Shown: positions 19,890-28,984, counted from the stretch's first letter. The stretch is DNA of 64,000 nucleotides from an uncultured Actinomycetes bacterium (GCA_963771385.1 CAVYTE010000003.1:52929-116928), one strand, 5' to 3'. Numbers and translations are program-made. The notes: a model not told the origin generated them from the sequence alone.

Positions 19890-21443
19890 ATGTGGAGTAG
19901 TCACCGGGGGAAGCCCACCATCGGTGAGGACCGGCGCATCCGACTGCTGCGCAAGCTCAGCGAGGATCCGATCGGGACCGTGTGGGACGCCGAGGATGGT
20001 CCCTTCCGGCGAAGGGTGACGGTCCGGACCATCCGGGATGACCTCGGCGCGCATGGCCGGTTCATGCGGGTGCTCCGTGCCGGACTGCCCCGCGTGTGGC
20101 CCCGGTTGCAGCACCCGAACGTCGCGAGAGCGATCACGTACATCGCGAGACCCGATCCGACCCTGCACATCGTCATGCAGCGCCTCCAGGGGGAGACGCT
20201 GGCCGACCGGCTGAACCGGACGGGGCGGATCGACCCCACCGAGGCTCACCGGATCGGTTCGGAGGTGCGCGCGGCGTTGGACGCCGCGCATGCCCTCGGC
20301 CTGGTCCACGGGGGGCTCACGCCGCACAGCGTCTTCCTCACCGAGACCGACGGGGCCAAGGTCATCGACTTCGGGATCCCGGTGGCCCTCTGGACGACGG
20401 CCCGGGAGGCGGGCGAGGCGGTGGGAGACGACGATGTGGCGTTGCGTCTGGACAGGGAGCGGGATGCTCGGGACCTCGAGCGCCTCATGCAGCGGATGCT
20501 CACCGGCGATCCGGCATCGGGTGAGTTCGATCTCCGAAGGCTCATCGAGTTGGTGCTGGCGAGTCCGTCGGAACCCCCTGTCACAACTGAGCAGTCGACC
20601 AAGCGCTCGTCGAGCCGGCGCAGGCCCATGGGACGGCGATCGGCGCGCGTGGGCCGCGCCAAGAGGGTCCGGCGGAGCGCCGCGGGCGCGTGGGTCGGTC
20701 GCGCCCGCGACTCCTTCATCGATGCTGCGCAGGCCGTGTGGTCCACCCCACGCCGAGCGGCGCGATCGATCCGTCGTTCCTGTCGGCGAGCCTGGGACTC
20801 GGTCGCGGACGGCCTGCGGGGGGTCGCATCCGGACCCCGGCGAGGTGTGCGTGCCGCGACCAGACCACTACGCGGTACCGGCCGAGGGCTACGGACGCTG
20901 GTGGTCGGTACCGGCCGAGGGCTACGGACGCTGGTGGTCGGTACCGGCCGAGGGCTACGGACGCTCACGCATCCCATCCAGCCGGCTGGCCGGCACGTCG
21001 CGGGTGCGACCCGAGCGGTTGCCGCCGCCCCCCGGCGAGCAGCGCCGGCCACCGGGCGGCTCCTTCGTCAGGCGATGTACCCGTTGGTCGGCGCGGGGGT
21101 GATCGTCGTCGCGGTCCTGGTCGGGGTAGGGATCCTCGAAGGCGTGCCAACCTCGGGGGTGCGCGAGCAACCGGCCGCCGCGTCGGTTGCGCGGTCGACG
21201 GCTCCGTCGCCGCCTCCGGTCACCGATGGTGTGACGGTGCCCGATGTGAGCGGTCTCTCGCCGATGGAGGCCGGTGCGCTCCTCACCGGGATGGGACTGT
21301 CGGTCGTCGACGCGGAGCCGGCGCCCGGTCCTCCCGGCACGGTCGTCGGGACCGAGCCCGCCGTCAACGAGGTCGTCGATCCGTCCACCCCGATCGTGCT
21401 CCTCGTCGGGACGTCACCAGACCGGATGGACGACGGTACCTGA
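19890..21443 (+). CDS. PASTA-domain transmembrane Ser/Thr kinase-like protein with degenerate catalytic motifs (predicted pseudokinase)
   Basis: Kinase-like fold with a DFG motif, but HGGLTP replaces HRDLKP, there is no GxGxxG loop and there is no VAIK lysine. An Arg/Ser-rich linker with a tandem repeat is followed by TM MYPLVGAGVIVVAVLVGVGIL and a C-terminal PASTA domain VPDVSGLSPMEAGALL. Confidence 0.6.
   Translation: MWSSHRGKPTIGEDRRIRLLRKLSEDPIGTVWDAEDGPFRRRVTVRTIRDDLGAHGRFMRVLRAGLPRVWPRLQHPNVARAITYIARPDPTLHIVMQRLQGETLADRLNRTGRIDPTEAHRIGSEVRAALDAAHALGLVHGGLTPHSVFLTETDGAKVIDFGIPVALWTTAREAGEAVGDDDVALRLDRERDARDLERLMQRMLTGDPASGEFDLRRLIELVLASPSEPPVTTEQSTKRSSSRRRPMGRRSARVGRAKRVRRSAAGAWVGRARDSFIDAAQAVWSTPRRAARSIRRSCRRAWDSVADGLRGVASGPRRGVRAATRPLRGTGRGLRTLVVGTGRGLRTLVVGTGRGLRTLTHPIQPAGRHVAGATRAVAAAPRRAAPATGRLLRQAMYPLVGAGVIVVAVLVGVGILEGVPTSGVREQPAAASVARSTAPSPPPVTDGVTVPDVSGLSPMEAGALLTGMGLSVVDAEPAPGPPGTVVGTEPAVNEVVDPSTPIVLLVGTSPDRMDDGT
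20874..20965 (+). repeat. 2.8 copies of a 33-bp tandem direct repeat inside the pseudokinase ORF
   Basis: Unit GGTACCGGCCGAGGGCTACGGACGCTGGTGGTC is repeated at 20874, 20907 and (partially) 20940. It encodes the 11-aa repeat LRTLVVGTGRG. Confidence 0.9.
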
Positions 21444-21531
21444 CGGAACCGTAGTCCGGGTGCGTATCGGACCGGCACTGCTCCAAAGCGGCCTGCTTGA
21501 CGATGCAGCGCGATGGGTAGAGGGATGAGTC

Positions 21532-22134
21532 ATGACGAAGGTGCTGCTGGAGATGACCGTCTCGCTCGACGGCAACGTGGCCGGTCCCGACGTGAGCTCG
21601 GAGGAACCGATGGGGCGCGGGGGCGAGCAGCTGCACGACTGGATGTTCGAGGGCCGATCCCCGGCCGAGATCGAGCGGTTCCAGTCGGATCTGTTCGGCG
21701 ACATCGGGGCCGTGATCATGGGCCGCCGCATGGCTGACCTCGGCATCGGTGCCTGGGGCGAGGAGCCCCCCTACCACGCCCCGGTCTTCGTGGTCACGCA
21801 TCGGCCGGCTGAGACCATCGTCAAGGCGGGCGGCACGTCCTTCACGTTCGTGACGAGCGGGATCGACGACGCGCTCCGCCAAGCCCGTGAAGCTGCTCGG
21901 ACCGCCGACATCATCGTCATGGGAGGGGCGGAGATCGCCCGCCAGTACCTCCGAGCGGGCGCGATCGAGGAGCTCCGCCTGCACCTCGCGCCCGTGATCT
22001 TGGGTGCCGGTACGCGCCTGTTCGACGATGGGCCGTCGCCCGTCGTCCACTTGCGACCCACGGAGGTCACGACAACGCCGCTGGCGACCCACCTCACCTA
22101 CGAAGTGTCGCATCCGGCCGCGAACTCCCGTTGA
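21532..22134 (+). CDS. dihydrofolate reductase family protein (RibD C-terminal domain)
   Basis: The N-terminus MTKVLLEMTVSLDGNVAGPD and the downstream region are typical of PF01872 reductases. Confidence 0.7.
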   Translation: MTKVLLEMTVSLDGNVAGPDVSSEEPMGRGGEQLHDWMFEGRSPAEIERFQSDLFGDIGAVIMGRRMADLGIGAWGEEPPYHAPVFVVTHRPAETIVKAGGTSFTFVTSGIDDALRQAREAARTADIIVMGGAEIARQYLRAGAIEELRLHLAPVILGAGTRLFDDGPSPVVHLRPTEVTTTPLATHLTYEVSHPAANSR

Positions 22135-22600
22135 GCATCCGGTCCCTCCGTCCTCCGGCGCGGGCGAAACGCGACGCCGTTTCGATGTCTACGCCCCTCG
22201 ACCTTGCGAGGATGCATGCATCGAAGCGCTGATCACTGAGCGAACCAAGGCGCTCGGGGTCAATCGACCTAGTCAAGCCGGTGAACGGACTCGCCGACCT
22301 CGCGGCCGAGACCTTGGCGAGCCCGCGACCCCACTGTCCGGGTCGATCCAGAACGTCACCTCGCGGCCAACCCCGGAGGGAAAGCTCCCGATCGTCCCCA
22401 CGAGGACGCCGTCGTCGTCCATCCCTCACGGTGGGTCTCCCATGCGTCCACCTAAATCGCTGCGCGGTTCTTTCGCGACTTCGAGAGCGAGTTGAGGTCG
22501 AGCGACGTGGAGACCAGGGCCATGATCAGGCACGCAGTGTCTCCCGCAAGCTCGTCGTCGACACCCCAGGGCCTGGCCCTTGACTCTCTGACTCTATCTA

Positions 22601-22614
22601 GGTAGAATTCTACC
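22601..22614. promoter_or_regulatory. perfect 14-bp palindrome GGTAGAATTCTACC just upstream of padR (candidate PadR operator)
   Basis: Inverted repeat ending 3 bp before the padR ATG. It is preceded by the direct repeat TGACTCT x2 at 22581-22595. The region is relatively AT-rich. Confidence 0.45.
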
Positions 22615-22616
22615 GC

Positions 22617-22967
22617 ATGACCAGAGCGCGTCGTCCCTCGCCGCAGACGGTTGCCATCCTCGATGCGTTGGCCGAGAAGGCATCGGACTGGAGTCACGGC
22701 TACTATCTGTGTCGCTTGCTGGGCTTGAAGGCCGGCACCGTCTACCCGATCCTCATCCGGCTGGCCGACCGTGGCTACCTCGAGACTGCGTGGGAGCAGG
22801 AGGTGCCCCAAGGCCGCCCACCCCGTCACCTCTACCGGTTGTCGGCCACCGGAGCCGAGCATTTGCGCGAGCTGCGCCGCGCCGAAGCGGAACGTGCCTC
22901 CTTGCGGTTGCCGGGCGCCGGGCACCGGGCGATCGGTGATGGAGCGATTGCAGGGGCGCAGTCATGA
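22617..22967 (+). CDS. PadR family transcriptional regulator
   Basis: Winged-helix block GYYLCRLLGLKAGTVYPILIRLADRGYLE..RHLYRLSATG. Confidence 0.8.
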   Translation: MTRARRPSPQTVAILDALAEKASDWSHGYYLCRLLGLKAGTVYPILIRLADRGYLETAWEQEVPQGRPPRHLYRLSATGAEHLRELRRAEAERASLRLPGAGHRAIGDGAIAGAQS

Positions 22968-23185
22968 GCACCGGCTCGGTCACCCGGCGGACGATCTGGG
23001 TTGCGGCCGCAGCCGTCCTCGTCCTCGGCCCCTTGGCACTGTTGATCCCCGCTGCACTCGGCATTCGCGCAGTCATGAGCACCGGCTCGGTCACCCGGCG
23101 GACGATCTGGGTTGCGGTTGCAGCCGTCCTCGTCGTCCTCGGCGCCTGGACACTGTTGATCGCGGCTGCACTCGGCATCAGCGTG
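22964..23185 (+). repeat. 111-bp in-frame tandem duplication (two copies) spanning the padR stop / membrane-protein start
   Basis: Copy 1 is 22964-23074 and copy 2 is 23075-23185, at about 90% identity. Each begins GTCATGAGCACCGGCTCGGTCACCCGGCGGACGATCTGGGTTGCGG. Confidence 0.85.
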
Positions 23186-23941
23186 GACGACCGTGGCGTC
23201 CCACCGACCGAGGTGCTCGTCGGTGCCCTGCTGTTCGGCTGGCCCCATGCGCTCGCCGCCGCGATCGCTGTCATCGCCATCGCGCGCGCCGCCAGCGGGG
23301 CCGACGGGCCCGCCCGCCTGCTCGCGCTCGTCTCTAGCGGCCGGCGCGGCCACCGCGACGAGTGGGGCGCTGCCATGCGCGCCGAGCTCGCGAGCATCAC
23401 CGGCCCGAAGCGCGAGCGGCTCCGGTTCGCAGTGAGCTGCGCCCCAACCGCACTGCGCCGGGGCTGGGGACGGTCTCCGTGGATCATCGCCGTCGCATGC
23501 GGGACGCTGTTCGCGGCCCTGACCGTCGCCACATCACGAGTATCGCTGCACGGCAACCGCAGCGGCAGCCTCTTGGGGGTCCTCTTCGGCCCACCACAGA
23601 TCACGCTGCTCCTCGTGGGATTCGTCGCCGCCTGGAAGGGACGCTCAATGCGCAACGGCCTCGAGCATGCCGTCCCCGCGCTCATCGCGATCCTGGTCGG
23701 CGTGCTCGCCACCGCCATCCCCGAGGGCGCGCTGTGGGCCCGTGAGGCAGGCGTCTTGCTTCTCGACGGCGACTATCCGTCCACTCTCCTCACCCCCGGC
23801 GAGGGCGCGCACCTCGCGCTGCAGGCCACGCTGACCTGGGGCCTCCTGCTCTGGCTGCCCTGGCCCGTGCTCGGCGCCGCCGCCGGCGCCGGCGCCCGAC
23901 TCCGCCGCGAGGCCACCCCCTTCCCGAACCCCGCCCCCTGA
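22964..23941 (+). CDS. PadR-associated integral membrane protein with an N-terminal 37-aa tandem duplication
   Basis: ATGA overlap with the padR stop. Multiple TM helices. The first 74 residues are two near-identical copies, MSTGSVTRRTIWVA..LLI.AALGI. Confidence 0.55.
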   Translation: MSTGSVTRRTIWVAAAAVLVLGPLALLIPAALGIRAVMSTGSVTRRTIWVAVAAVLVVLGAWTLLIAAALGISVDDRGVPPTEVLVGALLFGWPHALAAAIAVIAIARAASGADGPARLLALVSSGRRGHRDEWGAAMRAELASITGPKRERLRFAVSCAPTALRRGWGRSPWIIAVACGTLFAALTVATSRVSLHGNRSGSLLGVLFGPPQITLLLVGFVAAWKGRSMRNGLEHAVPALIAILVGVLATAIPEGALWAREAGVLLLDGDYPSTLLTPGEGAHLALQATLTWGLLLWLPWPVLGAAAGAGARLRREATPFPNPAP

Positions 23942-24643
23942 GCGGCATCCCGTGGGGGTGGGGCAAGGCCATCGGATCAACGACCCCCTCAGAGCAAGAC
24001 CACCAACCCGAACACGGTCACCGCGCTGCACTGCGCTGTGCAGCGGGCCGCGCCGTAGACGCCCAACCTGCAGGCACTGTTAGAGGATGGCCCTCGCGCC
24101 GTGGCACACTCCTGGCGTTGTTGCAGCTGACGGCTGGGTAGTCGCGGGTGTCGTGCTCACCGCGGTAGCCGTTGTTGTGGCCATCGTCTACGGGACGTGG
24201 CAGGTTGCCCAGGCTTCCCAAGCGCACAAGGATCGGGAGGCTGATCGCATCGCACACCGAGGGCATCGACTTCACGGACCTGAAGCGGTTCGACGATGCT
24301 TACCTGGGCGAGGTGAGCGACCACCTATCCTTCTGGCCTCGTTGGATCAGCGCGAAGTGGCGAAGGCGGAGGATGTGACGGGCCACCCGGAGTAGGCACG
24401 GCCGTGAACAGGCCGGTAGACAAGTAGAGACTGTCGTTCCTTGCCAGCTGCGTCCCGCACATCGTCCCATCAGGATCCTGATGGGACGGCATCGCCCAGG
24501 CTGGTATCGGTCGACACGACCGGATCCAATCCTCGGCAGGTCCGTGACGTGTCGCGTTTCGTCCGCGGGACGAATGCGGGACGAACGGCCGGGCTGACTC
24601 GCCGTTCAGACTGGACAGGGGGTCTGACCTGGGCGCTAACTCG

Positions 24644-24716
24644 TAGTCCCAACGGGGTTCGAACCCGTGTCTCCACCTTGAGAGGGTGGTGTCCTGGGCC
24701 ACTAGACGATGGGACC
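24644..24716 (-). tRNA. tRNA-Glu (anticodon CUC)
   Basis: Hand-folded cloverleaf: acceptor GGTCCCA/TGGGACT, D-arm TCGTCTAGTGGCCCAGGAC, anticodon stem CCACC/GGTGG with loop CTCTCAA, T-arm ACGGG-TTCGAAC-CCCGT, discriminator A. CCA is not encoded. Confidence 0.75.
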
Positions 24717-24756
24717 GCCGGGCAGGCGGGAAGTGTAGCAACGGCCGGACGCAGCC

Positions 24757-26211
24757 TTAGTCCTCTCCCTGGTCGCGCGTGAACCCCGGTTCGCCGTCGA
24801 ACTCCTGGAGCTTCTCGAGGTGCATCCATGTATGCGTGCCCGCGAGGACCGATAGCAGCTCACCGACGTCATGGTCCGTCAGGTCGCCCCGCTCGTCCTC
24901 GAGCATGAACCGGCACCGGAAGTGGTCGCCGGTCTCGGTCATCGCCCCGGTGGGGGGGAACACCTTCGTCCCACGGCTCGAGATGAGCTTGAGCGACAGC
25001 CTCGTGTTCGCGGTGAGCTCCGACAGGGAGGCCCCGAGCGCCTCCGCCGACAACGCGGACTCCACGAAGACGTCGAGTCCGACGACCGCGCGGTTCGAGG
25101 GCCGGACGCTGTCGGGTCGCGGATCGACCTTCGGCAGTTGCAGCGGTCGGACGTCGCGAACCGTCCAGGTCTCGGACCGACGGCCGAGGTTCCCGATGAT
25201 CGCGTCGGCATATCCCGTCGTCGGTGTCCCGGCGTCATAGCCGACGACGTCGCCGGTGAGCACCCCCGCCTCGAGCGTGACGAAGATCGCGTGCTCGATC
25301 GACGCCGCCTGCTCGAAGTACCCGAGGTAGCGGAGCATGAGCACGGCGGACAGGATCACGGCCGTCGGGTTGATGACGTTCTTGCCCGCGTACTTCGGCG
25401 CCGACCCGTGCACCGCCTCGAAGATCGCCACCTCGTTGCCGACGTTCGCCGACGGCGCGAACCCGAGACCCCCGATGAGCGCGGACGTGAGATCGGACAG
25501 GATGTCGCCGTTCATGTTCGTCGTGACGATGACCTCGAACTGCTCGGGTCGCTTCACGAGCTGGTGCGCGCAGTTGTCGACGATCACGTGCCACGGCTCG
25601 ATCTCGGGATAGTCCGGGGCCACCCGTTCGAAGACGCGTTTCAGCGTCCCTTCCGACAGCTTCATGATGTTGGCCTTCGTCGCGCAGGCGACCTTCGTGC
25701 GGCCCTCGCTGCGGGCGTACTCGAACGCGAACCGCGCGATCTTCTCGCACCCCTTGTCGCTGATCAGCTTGAGGGCTTGGGCCACGCCCGGCGTCTGCAG
25801 GTACTCGATCCCGGCGTAGAGGTCCTCGACGTTCTCCCGCACGATGACCAGGTCGATGCCCCGACCGCTGTACGGCGTCCGCACCCCGGGCATCTCGCGA
25901 ACGGGCCGGACGTTCGCGTAGGTCTCGAACAGTTTGCGGAGCGTCACGTTCGCGGATTTCTCGCCGAAGCCGACCGGCGTCTCGAGCGGTCCTTTCAGTG
26001 CGACCCGGGTCCGCGAGATCGACTCGAGGGTCTCGGGTGGAACGCCCGACGGCAGGCCCTTGCGGAACACCTCGGCGCCAGCCTCGCAGAGCTCCCACTC
26101 GATCGGCACCCCGGCCGCCTCGACGATGCGGCGCGCCGCCTCCACGCATTCGGGGCCGATCCCGTCGCCGGGGATCAGGGTCACGGTCGTCGGCGATTCG
26201 GTCGCGCTCAC
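24757..26211 (-). CDS. icd: isocitrate dehydrogenase (isocitrate/isopropylmalate dehydrogenase family) with a C-terminal extension of about 130 aa
   Basis: TLIPGDGIGPE, NMNGDILSDL and other blocks are typical of beta-decarboxylating dehydrogenases. Length is 484 aa; the core is about 340 aa. Confidence 0.7.
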   Translation of the reverse strand: MSATESPTTVTLIPGDGIGPECVEAARRIVEAAGVPIEWELCEAGAEVFRKGLPSGVPPETLESISRTRVALKGPLETPVGFGEKSANVTLRKLFETYANVRPVREMPGVRTPYSGRGIDLVIVRENVEDLYAGIEYLQTPGVAQALKLISDKGCEKIARFAFEYARSEGRTKVACATKANIMKLSEGTLKRVFERVAPDYPEIEPWHVIVDNCAHQLVKRPEQFEVIVTTNMNGDILSDLTSALIGGLGFAPSANVGNEVAIFEAVHGSAPKYAGKNVINPTAVILSAVLMLRYLGYFEQAASIEHAIFVTLEAGVLTGDVVGYDAGTPTTGYADAIIGNLGRRSETWTVRDVRPLQLPKVDPRPDSVRPSNRAVVGLDVFVESALSAEALGASLSELTANTRLSLKLISSRGTKVFPPTGAMTETGDHFRCRFMLEDERGDLTDHDVGELLSVLAGTHTWMHLEKLQEFDGEPGFTRDQGED

Positions 26212-26319
26212 TGGGCTCGCTCCTTGGGGTCGGACGTCGGCGCGTCATCCTAGCGGCGCGAGAAATCGCCAACTGGGCTACAGGTATTCAGGTCACTGCT
26301 TGGTAGGGTCGATAGCCCC

Positions 26320-27774
26320 ATGGTGAGGATCTCAACCCGCGCGCCCAGGATCGCCATCGCGCTCGCCGCGCTCGTGCTCGCGGCGGCCTGCTCCGTCACC
26401 TCGGGCGAGGCGCTGGAGCCGACCGCCCCGGTCGTCGAGCCGTCCGCCTCGGCCTCCCTCGGGGGCGGCACGCCGGGGCAGCTGGAGCTGGCGAGGGAGC
26501 ACATCAAGCACCTCGTGTTCATCGTTCAGGAGAATCGGTCCTTCGATCATTACTTCGGAACCTTCCCGGGCGCGAACGGGATCCCGATGCGGAACGGGCG
26601 GCCGACCGTCTGCAACCCCGACCCGATCACGGACAAGTGCAAGCCCCCGTACCACACGACCGAGCAGCTTCAGGAGGGCGGGCCGCACGCGCAGCGCAAC
26701 TCCGTGATGGACGTGAACGGCGGGAGGATGAACGGGTTCATCCGCGCGGTCGTGGAGAGCAACATCTACTGCGCCGATCATCGCAACGACCCGAAGTGCA
26801 AGCACGCCCTCGGACCGCAGCGACAGCCGGACGTGATGAGCTATCACACGCGCAAGACGATCCCGAACTACTGGCGGTACGCGAAGGAGTTCGTCCTGCA
26901 GGATGGGATGTACGCGCCCGCCGACTCGTGGACGCTGCCGGCGCACCTGTTCCTCGTCTCGGCGTGGGCCGCCAGGTGCCAGAACCCGCAGGACCCGATG
27001 TCGTGCTCCTCGAACCTCGAGCTCGACACCGAGGCGCAGGTGCAACGCGACGGGGCGGACGTCCCGATCTGGGCATGGACCGACATCACGTACCTGCTGC
27101 ACGAGAACGACGTCTCGTGGGGGTACTACGTGGGCGAGGACACCTGTGCGATCGAACCGTGCGAGGGGGAGCGCGGTCCGGAGCACACCGTCGCGAACCA
27201 GAACCCGCTCCCGTGGTTCACGACGGTCCGCCAGAACCATCAGCTCGATCGCATCATGGGGCACGACGAGTTCTACGAGTCGGCCCGGACGGGGACGCTC
27301 CCGTCGGTGTCGTGGGTGATGCCGTACTCGGGCGTGGGCGAGCACCCGGGCGCCGGCGAGCCGATCTGGAAGGGCCAGCGCCACGTGACGAAGCTGATCA
27401 ACGCGCTGATGAACGGCCCCGACTGGGAGGAGACCGCCATCTTCCTGACCTGGGACGACTGGGGCGGGTTCTACGACCACGTCGAACCGCCCCGCGTGGA
27501 CCGCAACGGCTACGGGATCCGCGTTCCCGGGCTGACGATCAGCCCCTGGGCGCGTGCGGGCCTCATCGACTCCCAGGTCCTGTCGTTCGACGCGTACCTG
27601 AAGCTGATCGAGGACCTGTTCCTGCAGCGTGAGCGTCTCGACCCTGCCACGCTGAGCCGGCCGGACTCACGCCCGACGGTGCGCGAGCGGGTGGCGATCC
27701 TCGGCAACCTCCTCAACGAGTTCGACTTCAGTCAGCAACCGATCCCGCCGTTGATCCTCGACCCGACGCCGTAG
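26320..27774 (+). CDS. phosphoesterase family lipoprotein (non-hemolytic phospholipase C / acid phosphatase AcpA-like)
   Basis: Lipobox LAAAC in the signal peptide. [23 protein letters not shown] is the hallmark of PF04185. Confidence 0.75.
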   Translation: MVRISTRAPRIAIALAALVLAAACSVTSGEALEPTAPVVEPSASASLGGGTPGQLELAREHIKHLVFIVQENRSFDHYFGTFPGANGIPMRNGRPTVCNPDPITDKCKPPYHTTEQLQEGGPHAQRNSVMDVNGGRMNGFIRAVVESNIYCADHRNDPKCKHALGPQRQPDVMSYHTRKTIPNYWRYAKEFVLQDGMYAPADSWTLPAHLFLVSAWAARCQNPQDPMSCSSNLELDTEAQVQRDGADVPIWAWTDITYLLHENDVSWGYYVGEDTCAIEPCEGERGPEHTVANQNPLPWFTTVRQNHQLDRIMGHDEFYESARTGTLPSVSWVMPYSGVGEHPGAGEPIWKGQRHVTKLINALMNGPDWEETAIFLTWDDWGGFYDHVEPPRVDRNGYGIRVPGLTISPWARAGLIDSQVLSFDAYLKLIEDLFLQRERLDPATLSRPDSRPTVRERVAILGNLLNEFDFSQQPIPPLILDPTP

Positions 27775-27835
27775 AGGTCGCGGACGGATCCTCGGCCGAG
27801 GCCGCGTGCGCGCGGGTAGCATGGTTGCGCTCCGA

Positions 27836-27906
27836 TGGCGGGTCGTCTAATGGCAGGACGCCAGGTTCTGGCCCTGGAAGTTGGGGTTCGAGTCCCTGCC
27901 CGCCAG
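27836..27906 (+). tRNA. tRNA-Gln (anticodon CUG)
   Basis: U1-A72 acceptor TGGCGGG/CCCGCCA, G73 discriminator, D-stem GTCT/GGAC, anticodon stem CCAGG/CCTGG with loop TTCTGGC, T-loop TTCGAGT. Hand-folded; the T-stem has two G-U pairs. Confidence 0.6.
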
Positions 27907-27923
27907 CTGGAAGCTCGAGCCGG

Positions 27924-28568
27924 CTAGGAGGCCTGGTCGGCCACCGGGAAGGTTTCGAGCCCGGGCGGGACGTTCGCCCGGAACGAGGACAGGACGCGAT
28001 CGAAGTCGCCGCGCTCCGACTCCCATCCCCCCGGCGGGAAGATGGCCGCCAGCAGGTAACCCGTCTCCCCGTCGCCCAGCGTGATCGCCGCGGCGATCGA
28101 CGCCGTCACCTCGCCACCGTTCACCACGTCGGCCACGATCAGGCGGGCGGGCGAGCCAGCAAGTCGGACGCGATCGTCGAGCACGACGTCGATCAGCGGG
28201 TCGCCGGTGATGAGGGTCAGGGTCATCTCCTCCAGATCGACGAACCCGTCGGAGGTGAGCGCGAACGCGCGGTAGATCGTCTGGTCGGGCTGTTCGGTCG
28301 CCGCCGTCCCCAGCGCGCCGAAACCGGTCTGCGGCTCCGGGCTCGGCGCCGGAGGACTCGAGACGACGCCGGTGAGCAGCTCGGGACCCTCCGCCGCCGT
28401 CTGGGGTGTGGCGACCGTGATGTCGTTGGCCGACGGCAGGTCCACCGTGAACAGTCCCTGCTCGTCGTAGTAGCGGGCGAAGTCCCGACCCGAGTCCTGG
28501 CTGCACGAGACGAGGGCGACCGGAACCACCACGAGGGCCAGGAGCGATGCTCGTCTCCTCATGCGCAC
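27924..28568 (-). CDS. hypothetical lipoprotein
   Basis: Signal peptide with lipobox LVSC, then a Pro/Ser-rich linker. No family was recognised. Confidence 0.45.
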   Translation of the reverse strand: MRMRRRASLLALVVVPVALVSCSQDSGRDFARYYDEQGLFTVDLPSANDITVATPQTAAEGPELLTGVVSSPPAPSPEPQTGFGALGTAATEQPDQTIYRAFALTSDGFVDLEEMTLTLITGDPLIDVVLDDRVRLAGSPARLIVADVVNGGEVTASIAAAITLGDGETGYLLAAIFPPGGWESERGDFDRVLSSFRANVPPGLETFPVADQAS

Positions 28569-28648
28569 GATGGTGGCACGGCACGACCGGATTGACCAGC
28601 GACCCCCGAGGTGGCTACGGTGCAGTGCAGACCGCTGGGGGTGATCGC

Positions 28649-28954
28649 GTGAACAAGAACGGGCTGATCGCCGAGGTGGCGAAACGCACGGGAGCGAGCA
28701 AGGCGGACACGGGGCGGCTGATCGATGCCTCGATGGACGTCATCCGTGAGGCGGTGTCGAAAGGTGAGCGCGTCTCGCTCGTCGGGTTCGGCACGTTCGA
28801 GCGCAGGCGGCGCAACAAGCGTGTCGCGCGGAATCCCCGCAAGCCGCAGACCCCCATCGTGGTGCCGGCTCGCGATCTCCCGTGGTTCATCGCGGGAAAG
28901 GAGTTCCGCGAGATGGTGGCGTCGAAGCGGCGCCGCGTACCCGCCAAACGGTAG
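28649..28954 (+). CDS. HU/IHF family DNA-binding protein (divergent)
   Basis: GTG start. NKNGLIAEVA..VSLVGFGTFERRRRNKRVARNPRKPQ matches the HU fold (GFGTF..ARNPxT). It has an unusual arm and a basic C-terminus. Confidence 0.6.
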   Translation: MNKNGLIAEVAKRTGASKADTGRLIDASMDVIREAVSKGERVSLVGFGTFERRRRNKRVARNPRKPQTPIVVPARDLPWFIAGKEFREMVASKRRRVPAKR

Positions 28955-28984
28955 CGCGGATCCGAGGGTTCCCGACCCCGCTTC

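Noticed and set aside
20874-20965. Possible CRISPR-like array
   Set aside because: Only 2.8 directly abutting 33-bp units with no spacers, and they lie inside a coding frame. They are a tandem repeat, not a CRISPR array.
20246-21478. Several 130-270-aa ORFs on both strands inside the pseudokinase gene
   Set aside because: Alternative-frame artefacts of the Arg/Ser-rich repetitive linker.
22004-22495. 163-aa plus ORF and 111-aa minus ORF between the DHFR-family gene and padR
   Set aside because: They overlap the 3' end of the reductase gene or the promoter region and have no coding-like composition. The interval was treated as intergenic and regulatory.
24087-24395. 102-aa ORF with one hydrophobic segment (possible small membrane protein)
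   Set aside because: Weak and atypical codon usage, in the gene-poor tRNA-adjacent interval. Mentioned only as a possible remnant within finding 23941-24757.
28955-28984. Bidirectional terminator between the convergent HU-like and CSD-like genes
   Set aside because: No convincing stable inverted repeat could be traced in the 30-bp spacer.
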